Shown in pieces: positions 19,718 through 29,551 of a stretch of 64,000 nt of DNA. Location of the stretch: positions 2,526,227 through 2,590,226 of the forward strand of contig OY759316.1 in the NCBI GenBank assembly GCA_963662275.1, in the 5' to 3' direction. The notes beneath the pieces are model-generated. The model was given only the letters and a program-made list of their open reading frames with translations. It had not been told where the DNA came from and searched no databases. The DNA comes from Candidatus Cloacimonadales bacterium. GTDB lineage: Bacteria > Cloacimonadota > Cloacimonadia > Cloacimonadales > DAONDQ01. The position numbers and the translations under genes were made by a program. The first letter of the stretch is position 1. Every line of letters starts with the position of its first letter.

Positions 19718-21328
19718 CTACTTTACCAACGATATTTTTTTTGTTTTAACCCGATTACCTGATATTACCTGGCAGAGATAGACACCACTTGCCATTTTGC
19801 TGATATCCAGCATGAATGTATCAGATGTTTTGTTTTTATTTAAGTGTGTTTGCTGCACACATTGTCCCCTGATATTAAAAATGCTTATATCGATTGGATT
19901 TTTTTCACCGGCTGAATTGTCTTGCAGTTTAATTGCAATATATCGGTCATTAATCCTCACAGGATTAGGGCTGATACTCATGGTAATTTGATTTGTAACT
20001 TTTGGACTTAGCGGATCATTAATTCCGACTGTAGTATCAGCTAATTCTGTATTCCCTGCATACACATACACATACCCGCGATAATCGGTGGCAAATTCGT
20101 AATCCGTTTCCGGTGCAGAAATGGCAATATCACAGCATCCATCTGCATTGTAATCCCCCATAGTTAATCCATATCCAAAATAGTCCAATGGGTTAGCGGA
20201 AATATATGGGGCTGTAATCAATAAATCAGAAATGCCATTGACCTGTGCTCTCCCCAGCCAGACTTGGAATTGATTTGAATAGAAATTAGCACCTGCAATA
20301 TCATCAAAGCCATCGTTATTTAAATCACCATATTTCAGTGAAAAGCCATCTTCCCCTCCCTGCCAGGGAGGATTCAATGCAAAATTTGGTATGGAATCAG
20401 TATCAGTTGCTCCAAACCAGACATTCAAACCGGCTATGGATTGATAACCCATAAAATCATCTAAGCCATCACCATTAATATCTCCCAACGGTGTACTTAT
20501 TTTTGAAATACCAGCTTGAGTCTGTGTCAAAATCATATAATTGTTAAAATTACTTTCTGCATTTCCAAAATATAAAGTAATGAGGTGATAACCTATATTA
20601 GGATCTTCGTTTGTATAACCGATAGCGAAATCGTCATAACCATCATGATTAATATCCCCTATCCCATTAAAACCATTTGAATAAGATGCACTAAAATCAG
20701 AGGAAGTGGTAATATACTGTCTTTCTAAACTATTACCCCACAAAATATAAAAAATCTCTGCTAAATTTGGCGTACAAATGCTGAACCCAATATCACCATA
20801 ATTATCCCCATTAATATCACCTAAATTGACAACATGATAAAGATCATATTCGGCTTCTAAAGTATACGGAATCAAGATATCCGGTTCTGCAGGAGCTATA
20901 CTACTACCTGTATATATTCTCAAATAGTATATACTTGGATTTGACTCCGGTTCATCACCACCGATGCATAAATCATCATAGCCATCGCCGTTGAGATCTC
21001 CGATATTGACAACACTATGATATTGATCAGCATATTGCCCAAGCAAAGAGATTTCTGCAACATTATCAAAACCCAGTCCACCAAAATAGATATCCACTCT
21101 ACCTTTATTATATGAAGGGGGGGTTGGATATGGATTTCTCCAAGCAGGGGAACAGACAATAAGATCGTCATGACCATCATGATTAAAATCAAGGGTAGCC
21201 ATCGTTTCTCCAAAAGAGGCATGATTGTGCGAACCTTGCATTGATGTCATAATATCAAGATGGTTTGTGGCGGAGAGAATTCCAAAGAAAAGTAGGAAAG
21301 CTAAGAGCATGATAAATAATTTATTCAT
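19718..21328 (-). CDS. FG-GAP repeat beta-propeller secreted protein with CTD (paralog F)
   Basis: Same architecture; the central 1.36 kb is nearly identical to paralog H. Confidence 0.9.
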   Translation of the reverse strand: MNKLFIMLLAFLLFFGILSATNHLDIMTSMQGSHNHASFGETMATLDFNHDGHDDLIVCSPAWRNPYPTPPSYNKGRVDIYFGGLGFDNVAEISLLGQYADQYHSVVNIGDLNGDGYDDLCIGGDEPESNPSIYYLRIYTGSSIAPAEPDILIPYTLEAEYDLYHVVNLGDINGDNYGDIGFSICTPNLAEIFYILWGNSLERQYITTSSDFSASYSNGFNGIGDINHDGYDDFAIGYTNEDPNIGYHLITLYFGNAESNFNNYMILTQTQAGISKISTPLGDINGDGLDDFMGYQSIAGLNVWFGATDTDSIPNFALNPPWQGGEDGFSLKYGDLNNDGFDDIAGANFYSNQFQVWLGRAQVNGISDLLITAPYISANPLDYFGYGLTMGDYNADGCCDIAISAPETDYEFATDYRGYVYVYAGNTELADTTVGINDPLSPKVTNQITMSISPNPVRINDRYIAIKLQDNSAGEKNPIDISIFNIRGQCVQQTHLNKNKTSDTFMLDISKMASGVYLCQVISGNRVKTKKISLVK

Positions 21329-21731
21329 TATAAACTCCTTATAAAATTGACATACACAACTTACTTCAGGAATTTTATCTCTCTAATGGTGGCTGTTTCC
21401 TTCAGGTAGCGTATTAACATGGTTTACCTTGTTTCTATCTGTAATACAATGACCTAAAGAACATTACCCACAAGCGAAAGCAGTAACCACAAAGAAACGG
21501 CATTCTAAAGTAAGCGCACAAAACCAGTATCACATATAAAATAATAACATTTCATTTCAAGTCAAGGATTGTTTTTCCAGAGTTGTTTCAATGAACTTTT
21601 ACTCTCACGATTATAGTCTGTAACATTCTTCAGTATTGCATCATTTAAAATATGACCTATCCACCGATTAAAAATCAGCGTCGCGTTTGAAAAAAGAATA
21701 CTTTCCAGAGGATAAACACATGGGTTTATCC

Positions 21732-23339
21732 CTACTTAACTAATGAGATTTTTTTGATTTTTACCCTATTACCTTTTGTTAATTGACATAGATAGATGCC
21801 ACTTGCTATTTTATGAATATCAAGAGAGTATGTATCTGTTATGTTATTTTTATCGAAGTGTGCTTGCTGCACACATTGTCCCCTAATGTTATAAATTCTG
21901 ATGTCAATTGGGCTTTTATCAGTACCTTGATTAGTCAGTTTGATGTTAATATTGCGATCGTTTGAATTCACCGGATTAGGACTGATGCTGATATTAAACT
22001 GGCTAGATATAGGCGGTGTTAAAGGATCATTAATTCCTACTGTAGTGTCTGCCAATTCAGTATTTCCAGCATAAACGTAAACATACCCCCGATAATCAGG
22101 TAAAAGCGTATTATCCGTAAAAGGTGCTGATACGGCAATATCACAGCAGTCATCCCCATTATAATCACCCATCGTTAAACCATACCCAAAATAATCCAAC
22201 AGATTTGCAGGAATATAAGGTGCTGTTACTGATAAATCCGAATCACCATTAGGATGAGTTCTTCCTAACCAGATTCTGAATGCATTCTCATAAAAATTTG
22301 TACCAACAACATCATCAAAACCATCATTATTCAAATCACCATATTTCAGAGAAAATCCGAATTCACTACCTTGCCAAGGGGGATTAAAAAAAAGATCAGG
22401 AATAAGATTTGTTTGCTGTGAACCTAACCAGATACATAACCCATCATTTGACTCATACCCCATAAAATCATCTAACCCATCTCCGTTGATATCCCCAATT
22501 GGAGTACTGGTCTTTGTTATTGGTGCCTGGGTATGGGCTAAATTAACGGTATTAGTTAATTCACTTTCCTCATTTCCAAAGTAAATAATTATCAAATGAT
22601 AGCCGGTATTAGGATCAGCATTTGTATAGCCTATTGAAAAATCATCATATCCATCACCATTGATATCTCCAACACCGCTAATATTATAAGTATATGACGA
22701 AGCATGAGCACTAGAAATAGTGATCAACTCAGTTTCAAAACTTCCTCCCCATATAATATAATATGCTTCACATGTAGAAAAAATATCAGTACTAAATCCT
22801 ATCTCATCAATATGATCGCCATTAAAATCCCCTAATTTGGTTACCCACGTTAAATTATTACCTGATGCCAATGGATATGAAATCATAATATCCGGTTCAG
22901 TAGGAACAGTGTCACCACCTGTATAAATCCTCAAATAATACGCAGTCGGATTTGATGTAGGCTCATCGCCACCGATATATAAATCATCATATCCATCACC
23001 ATTCACATCACCTACATTAACGACAGACTTATACTGGAAATCATACTGTCCTAACATTGTAATATCCGGGATGTTATCAAAGTTTGTTCCACCAAAATAG
23101 ATATCCACTCTTCCTTTGGGCCAATTCACAGGATCAGGATAAAGACTTTTCCATTCCGGAGAGCAGACAATCAAGTCATCAAATCCATCATGATTAAAAT
23201 CCAAAGTTGCCATCGTTGCGCCAAAATATGAATTATTATGGGCACCTTGCATGGAGGTCATGATATCCATGTGGTTCAAGGCAGGGAGAATTCGAGAGAA
23301 AAGTAGGAAAGCGAAGATGATGATAAATAATTTATTCAT
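21732..23339 (-). CDS. FG-GAP repeat beta-propeller secreted protein with CTD (paralog G)
   Basis: Same architecture as the other paralogs. Confidence 0.9.
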   Translation of the reverse strand: MNKLFIIIFAFLLFSRILPALNHMDIMTSMQGAHNNSYFGATMATLDFNHDGFDDLIVCSPEWKSLYPDPVNWPKGRVDIYFGGTNFDNIPDITMLGQYDFQYKSVVNVGDVNGDGYDDLYIGGDEPTSNPTAYYLRIYTGGDTVPTEPDIMISYPLASGNNLTWVTKLGDFNGDHIDEIGFSTDIFSTCEAYYIIWGGSFETELITISSAHASSYTYNISGVGDINGDGYDDFSIGYTNADPNTGYHLIIIYFGNEESELTNTVNLAHTQAPITKTSTPIGDINGDGLDDFMGYESNDGLCIWLGSQQTNLIPDLFFNPPWQGSEFGFSLKYGDLNNDGFDDVVGTNFYENAFRIWLGRTHPNGDSDLSVTAPYIPANLLDYFGYGLTMGDYNGDDCCDIAVSAPFTDNTLLPDYRGYVYVYAGNTELADTTVGINDPLTPPISSQFNISISPNPVNSNDRNINIKLTNQGTDKSPIDIRIYNIRGQCVQQAHFDKNNITDTYSLDIHKIASGIYLCQLTKGNRVKIKKISLVK

Positions 23340-23740
23340 TATATACTCCTTATAAAATTGACATACACAACTTACTTCAGGAATTTTATCTCTCTAATGG
23401 TGGCTGTTTCCTTCAGGTAACGTGTTAACATGGTTTACCTTGTTTCTATCTGTAATACAATGACCTAAAGAACATTACCCACAAGCTGAAGCAGTAACCA
23501 CAAAGAAACTGCATTCTAAAGTAAGCGCACAAAACCAGTATCACATATAAAATAATAACATTTCATTTCAAGTCAAGGATTGTTTTCCAGGATTTTTTAA
23601 TGAACTTTTACTCTCACGTTTATAGTCTGCAACATTCTTCAGTATTGCATCATTTAAAATATGACCTATCCACCGATTAAAAATCAGCGTCGCGTTTGAA
23701 AAAAGAATACTTTCCAGAGGATAAACACATGGGTTTATCC

Positions 23741-25351
23741 CTACTTAACTAATGAGATTTTTTTGATTTTTACCCTATTACCTTTTGTTAATTGACATAG
23801 ATAGATGCCACTTGCTATTTTATGAATATCAAGAGAGTATGTATCTGTTATGTTATTTTTATCGAAGTGTGCTTGCTGCACACATTGTCCCCTAATATTA
23901 AAAATGCTGATGTCGATTGGATTTTTTTCACCGGCTGAATTATCTTGCAGTTTAATTGCAATATATCGGTCATTAATCCTCACAGGATTAGGGCTGATAC
24001 TCATGGTAATTTGATTTGTAGCAGTCGGACTTAGCGGATCATCAATACCAACTGTAGTGTCTGCTAATTCTGTATTACCGGCATACACATAAACATACCC
24101 GCGATAATCGGTGGCAAATTCGTAATCCGTTTCCGGTGCAGAAATGGCAATATCACAGCATCCATCTGCATTGTAATCCCCCATAGTTAATCCATATCCA
24201 AAATAGTCCAATGGGTTAGCGGAAATATATGGGGCTGTAATCAATAAATCAGAAATGCCATTGACCTGTGCTCTCCCCAGCCAGACTTGGAATTGATTTG
24301 AATAGAAATTAGCACCTGCAATATCATCAAAGCCATCGTTATTTAAATCACCATATTTCAGTGAAAAGCCATCTTCCCCTCCCTGCCAGGGAGGATTCAA
24401 TGCAAAATTTGGTATGGAATCAGTATCAGTTGCTCCAAACCAGACATTCAAACCGGCTATGGATTGATAACCCATAAAATCATCTAAGCCATCACCATTA
24501 ATATCTCCCAACGGTGTACTTATTTTTGAAATACAAGCTTGAGTCTGTGTCAAAATCATATAATTGTTAAAATTACTTTCTGCATTTCCAAAATATAAAG
24601 TTATGAGGTGATAACCTATATTAGGATCTTCGTTTGTATAACCGATAGCGAAATCGTCATAACCATCATGATTAATATCCCCTATCCCATTAAAACCATT
24701 TGAATAAGATGCACTAAAATCAGAGGAAGTGGTAATATACTGTCTTTCTAAACTATTACCCCACAAAATATAAAAAATCTCTGCTAAATTTGGCGTACAA
24801 ATGCTGAACCCAATATCACCATAATTATCCCCATTAATATCACCTAAATTGACAACATGATAAAGATCATGCTCGGCTTCTAAAGTATACGGAATCAAGA
24901 TATCCGGTTCTGCAGGAGCTATACTACTACCTGTATATATTCTCAAATAGTATGTACTTGGATTTGACTCCGGTTCATCACCACCGATGCATAAATCATC
25001 ATAGCCATCGCCGTTGAGATCTCCGATATTGACAACACTATGATATTGATCAGCATATTGCCCAAGCAAAGAAATTTCTGCAACATTATCAAAACCCAGT
25101 CCACCAAAATAGATATCCACTCTACCTTTATTATATGAAGGGGGGGTTGGATATGGATTTCTCCAAGCAGGGGAACAGACAATAAGATCGTCATGACCAT
25201 CATGATTAAAATCAAGGGTAGCCATCGTTTTACCAAATCTAGAATTATGATGTTCACCCTGCATTGTGGTCATGATATCGAGGTGGTTAGTGGCGGAGAG
25301 AATTCCAAAGAAAAGTAGGAAAGCTAAGAGGACGATAAATAATTTATTCAT
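23741..25351 (-). CDS. FG-GAP repeat beta-propeller secreted protein with CTD (paralog H)
   Basis: True start is taken as MNKLF at 25351 (RBS, paralog alignment); the ORF track extends to 25444. Confidence 0.9.
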   Translation of the reverse strand: MNKLFIVLLAFLLFFGILSATNHLDIMTTMQGEHHNSRFGKTMATLDFNHDGHDDLIVCSPAWRNPYPTPPSYNKGRVDIYFGGLGFDNVAEISLLGQYADQYHSVVNIGDLNGDGYDDLCIGGDEPESNPSTYYLRIYTGSSIAPAEPDILIPYTLEAEHDLYHVVNLGDINGDNYGDIGFSICTPNLAEIFYILWGNSLERQYITTSSDFSASYSNGFNGIGDINHDGYDDFAIGYTNEDPNIGYHLITLYFGNAESNFNNYMILTQTQACISKISTPLGDINGDGLDDFMGYQSIAGLNVWFGATDTDSIPNFALNPPWQGGEDGFSLKYGDLNNDGFDDIAGANFYSNQFQVWLGRAQVNGISDLLITAPYISANPLDYFGYGLTMGDYNADGCCDIAISAPETDYEFATDYRGYVYVYAGNTELADTTVGIDDPLSPTATNQITMSISPNPVRINDRYIAIKLQDNSAGEKNPIDISIFNIRGQCVQQAHFDKNNITDTYSLDIHKIASGIYLCQLTKGNRVKIKKISLVK

Positions 25352-25754
25352 TATAAACTCCTTATAAAATTGACATACACAGCTTACTTCAGGAAGTTTT
25401 ATCTCACTAACGGTGGCTGTTTCCTTCAGGTAACATGTTAACATGGTTTACCTTGTTTCTATCTGTAATACAATGACTTAAAGAACATTACCCACAAGCT
25501 GAAGCAGTAACCACAAAGAAACTGCATTCTAAAGTAAGCGCACAAAACCAGTATCACATATAAAATAATAACATTTCATTTCAAGTCAAGGATTGTTTTT
25601 CCAGAGTTGTTTCAATGAACTTTTACTCTCACGTTTATATTCTGTAACATTCTTCAGTATTGCATCATTTAAAATATGACCTATCCACGATTAAAAATCA
25701 GCGTCGCGTTTGAAAAAAGAATACTTTCCAGAGGATAAACACATGGGTTTATCC

Positions 25755-27353
25755 CTACTTTACCAACGATATTTTTTTTGTTTTAACCCGATTACCTGAC
25801 TTTACCTGGCAGAGATAGATACCGCTTGCCATTTTACTAATATCCATACTGTAAGTATCCGATATCGCAGTTTTATCTGAGTGTATCTTTTGCATACATT
25901 GTCCCCTGATATTGTAAATGCTGATGTCTATTAGACTTTTATCATTATTGGATACATTTCTGAGTTTGACAGAAATATAGCGATCAGTTATTCTTGCAGG
26001 ATTAGGGCTGATGCTCATGTCGAATTGATTGGTAACAGGAGGAGTCAGAGGGTCATTAATACCAACTGTCGTATCCGCTAATTGCGTATTGCCGGCATAG
26101 ACATAAACATAGCCCCGGTAATCATGTGCCATAGAATCATCAGTAAATGGCGCAGATACGGCAATATCACAACAGCCATCACCATTATAATCTCCCATAG
26201 TTAATCCGTATCCAAAATAGTCTAAAGAATTATTGGGGGCATCAATTAATAAATCGGATGTGCCGTTAACCAGTGTTCTTCCCATCCAAATCCTGAATTG
26301 ATCTATATAGAAATTTGCACCAACTACATCGTCAAAGCCATCATTATTCAAATCACCGTATTTTAGTGAAAATCCGAATTCACTACCCTGCCAAGGTGGA
26401 TTGAGAGCTAAGTTTGGTATGGTATCAGTTTCCGTTGATCCCAGCCAGATATTTAAACCGGCAATAGACTGATAACCCATAAAGTCATCTATTCCGTCAC
26501 CATTGATATCCCCCAAAGGAGTACTAATCTTTGATATTCCTGCTTGCGTCTGGGTTAAAACCATTGTATCTGTTATTGTACCTTCCGAATTCCCATAATA
26601 GACTGTAATCAGATGATATCCAGTATTAGGGTCTTCATTTGTATAGCCAATGGCGAAATCATCAAACCCATCATTATTTATATCTCCGATTCCGTTAAAA
26701 CCACTAGTATATGACATCGCATGATTGCTGGAAGTAGTTATATATTGGGGTACATTACTACCTCCCCAAACAAGATAATATGCTTCTGCTGAAATAGATG
26801 TCTCTGTGCTAAAACCAATCTCTTCAACATGATCACCGTTAAAGTCTCTTAATTTATAAACACCTGTTAGATTACAACTCGCTCCTAGTGTATAAGGAAT
26901 CATGATACTAGGTTGTGTAGGAGCTGTATTCCCACCAGTATAGATTCTTAGATAATATGTACTTGGACTAGCTGTCGGTTCATCTCCACCTATATATAGA
27001 TCATCAAATCCATCTCCATTCACATCACCGACATTAACAACAGACCTGAATTGATAATCATACTGTCCTTCCATCGTGATATCAGGGATATTATCAAAGT
27101 TCTGTCCTCCAAAATAAATATCTACTTTACCTTTTACTATAGCTGGGGTAGGATAACTGCTGTTCCACCCTCTTTCACAAACTACTAAGTCATCATAACC
27201 ATCATGATTAAAATCCAAAGTTGCTATTGTCTCTCCAAAACGGGAATTGTGATGGTCTCCTTGCATTGATGTCATGATATCGAGATGGTTAGTGGCGGAG
27301 AGGATGCTGGTGAAAAGAAGAACAGCTAAAACAACTAAAATACCTTTATACAT
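25755..27353 (-). CDS. FG-GAP repeat beta-propeller secreted protein with CTD (paralog I)
   Basis: MYKGIL-type N-terminus; same architecture. Confidence 0.9.
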   Translation of the reverse strand: MYKGILVVLAVLLFTSILSATNHLDIMTSMQGDHHNSRFGETIATLDFNHDGYDDLVVCERGWNSSYPTPAIVKGKVDIYFGGQNFDNIPDITMEGQYDYQFRSVVNVGDVNGDGFDDLYIGGDEPTASPSTYYLRIYTGGNTAPTQPSIMIPYTLGASCNLTGVYKLRDFNGDHVEEIGFSTETSISAEAYYLVWGGSNVPQYITTSSNHAMSYTSGFNGIGDINNDGFDDFAIGYTNEDPNTGYHLITVYYGNSEGTITDTMVLTQTQAGISKISTPLGDINGDGIDDFMGYQSIAGLNIWLGSTETDTIPNLALNPPWQGSEFGFSLKYGDLNNDGFDDVVGANFYIDQFRIWMGRTLVNGTSDLLIDAPNNSLDYFGYGLTMGDYNGDGCCDIAVSAPFTDDSMAHDYRGYVYVYAGNTQLADTTVGINDPLTPPVTNQFDMSISPNPARITDRYISVKLRNVSNNDKSLIDISIYNIRGQCMQKIHSDKTAISDTYSMDISKMASGIYLCQVKSGNRVKTKKISLVK

Positions 27354-27696
27354 TGGTACTCCTTATTTCTACAACCCACAGAATATAAAATATAATATAC
27401 ACACGTAATTTTCATTCCATAGCAAGTTTTATCCAGTATCTTGCCGGATAATATCCATTTTATCTTTTATCTATCACGTTTTTGTTAATTTCACAGTTGT
27501 TTCTGGGTCGCCATCTATCTGATGGTGCTACGTGCTCTTTTAGAGGACGTATTCTCTTCATTGGCATTTCAATGGGGGAACCACCGGATGTCAGATCATG
27601 TTAAAACATAATAACTGCTGAAGCAGTTGATCCAACGACTGAAGTTGTTGCTACGGTGTTGCTACGGTGTTGCTACTTGAGGATTGACAGATGGGG

Positions 27697-28947
27697 TTAT
27701 CCCTTTTTCACTGTCAATCGCTGGATTTCGGTAAAGAATCCAGGGAATGATTTAGATACTGAAGTTTCATCATCTAATCTCAATTGAGGAAAGATCAGTT
27801 TTAGAATTGAGAAAGCCATTACCAATCGATGATCTTGGTATGTTTTCAGTATCCTTGCTGGAGGTTCAGTTTCTAGAGGCTTTATATGCAGATCACCATT
27901 TTCAAAAGTAATATTCGCACCAATTGACGTCAATACTTCCAGGAGAGCTTGGATACGGTCGGATTCTTTATATTTCAAATGCTGGACATTCTTTAGTTTT
28001 GTCTCACCTTCAGCAAGCAATGCCAGGATGGCAATTGTCGGAACCAGATCAGGATTAGATGACATATCCTGGGTAATCCCTTTCAAGTTTTTTCGCTTCA
28101 CGAGGTAACCGTTCTTTGAATATTGAACATCAGCTCCCATTTTTATGAGAATATGAAAAATTCTGAAATCGGGTTGCAGAGAACTGGTTTTACAGTATGG
28201 GATTGTTATCGGAAAGTTAGAAAGAGCTCCCAATGCTGCAAAATAGGAAGCTGATGAAAGATCTGCTTCCACTTGATAAATACCATTAAAGCTATATTTT
28301 TGACCAGGTAATACAACGATCTCTTTTTCACGCTCAAGAACTTGGATGCCAAACTCACGCATAATTGAGATTGTCATCTTTAAATATCCATAGGATACTG
28401 TAGGTATCTTCCATCTCAAACGCAGACCTTTTTGAAAAAAAGGAGAACACATGAGTAACGCACTGAGAAATTGGCTGCTAATATTAGATGTAATCTCGAT
28501 CTCCCCACCAATCATTGATTTCCCGGCAATTCGATATGGATATCTTTCTCCGGAAATATCAGCGCCCAGGTATCGTAATGCCTGGATTAATGGCTTAATT
28601 GGTCTGAGAGACAATTGATCCACTGCCTGGATATTCGAGATCGTATGTTCATTTATGGCAGCACGAGCTATCCAAAATCTTAAAGCTGTTGCTGAACCAC
28701 TAATTTGATAATCGGCATGATAGGGAAAATGGCGAGGTCTAGTGATTTTAATATGCTGGAGATCAATTTCAAACTGACATCCAAATGTACGGAGAATATC
28801 ACACATCATATTCACGTCATCACATCCGGAAAATGGTTCGAATTCTATCGTATCCATCATAGAAGCAATTAATAAAACTCTTTGAAGAATAGATTTTGAG
28901 CCCTGCAGTTTCACAGTTCCATTGAGAGATAATGACCAATCCTTCAT
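27697..28947 (-). CDS. aroA: 3-phosphoshikimate 1-carboxyvinyltransferase (EPSP synthase)
   Basis: LQGSKSILQR, SATALRF, ISSQFLSALLM, EADLSSASYF, NPDLVP, KESDRI, DHRLVMAF, VSKSFPGFF motifs. ATG 28947 has a GGGAG RBS; alternative start 28962. Confidence 0.92.
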   Translation of the reverse strand: MKDWSLSLNGTVKLQGSKSILQRVLLIASMMDTIEFEPFSGCDDVNMMCDILRTFGCQFEIDLQHIKITRPRHFPYHADYQISGSATALRFWIARAAINEHTISNIQAVDQLSLRPIKPLIQALRYLGADISGERYPYRIAGKSMIGGEIEITSNISSQFLSALLMCSPFFQKGLRLRWKIPTVSYGYLKMTISIMREFGIQVLEREKEIVVLPGQKYSFNGIYQVEADLSSASYFAALGALSNFPITIPYCKTSSLQPDFRIFHILIKMGADVQYSKNGYLVKRKNLKGITQDMSSNPDLVPTIAILALLAEGETKLKNVQHLKYKESDRIQALLEVLTSIGANITFENGDLHIKPLETEPPARILKTYQDHRLVMAFSILKLIFPQLRLDDETSVSKSFPGFFTEIQRLTVKKG

Positions 28948-29070
28948 ATACTCGACTCCCATCCTTTTTCAATATTGATACATATTCCCAGGTAGTTTAA
29001 AAATAACCTTTGACATTTTAGGCAAGGGAAATCATTAAATCATGCAAATTGCATTTCAAGGGTTGGTATC

Positions 29071-29547
29071 ATGGAAAATAGACCTTCATGGCAAAAGTAT
29101 TTTATGGATATGGCATTCCTTGTCTCTCAGAGATCGACTTGTTTACGCCGGAAAGTGGGTGCAGTCTTAGTAAAAAATAACCAGATCATTGCTACAGGTT
29201 ATAATGGAACACCCAAAAATATCAGTCATTGTGCTGAAGCAGGTTGTATGAGAGAAGCCTTGGCTATTCCATCCGGCGAAAAACATGAATTATGCAGGGG
29301 TGTTCATGCAGAGCAGAACTCCATTATTCAAGCTGCGATCAATGGTACTCCTGCTCAAGGTTCAGTACTGTATTGTACAAATCATCCCTGTAGTATTTGT
29401 GCTAAAATGATCATTAATGCAGAGATCAATACAGTCTATATAGCTGATCCCTATCCCGATAAACTGGCTGGAGATCTCCTCTCGGAAGCCGGTATTGATC
29501 TGATTTATGTTGATCCTGAAGATGGCTCACTTTCGAAGTTGACGTAA
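29071..29547 (+). CDS. dCMP/cytidine deaminase family (ComEB-like) zinc deaminase
   Basis: RSTCLRRKVGAVLV, TGYNG, HAEQN, PCSIC motifs. Confidence 0.9.
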   Translation: MENRPSWQKYFMDMAFLVSQRSTCLRRKVGAVLVKNNQIIATGYNGTPKNISHCAEAGCMREALAIPSGEKHELCRGVHAEQNSIIQAAINGTPAQGSVLYCTNHPCSICAKMIINAEINTVYIADPYPDKLAGDLLSEAGIDLIYVDPEDGSLSKLT

Positions 29548-29551
29548 GATC

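Noticed and set aside
8933-27353. Diversity-generating retroelement acting on the FG-GAP array
   Set aside because: No RT, Avd or template repeat is in the window. F/H differences include T/C and G/T changes and are spread along the gene rather than adenine-specific at the 3' end.
8933-27353. Shufflon, invertible locus or integron cassette array
   Set aside because: All genes are co-oriented, no site-specific recombinase is present, and no attC R''/R' boxes flank the genes.
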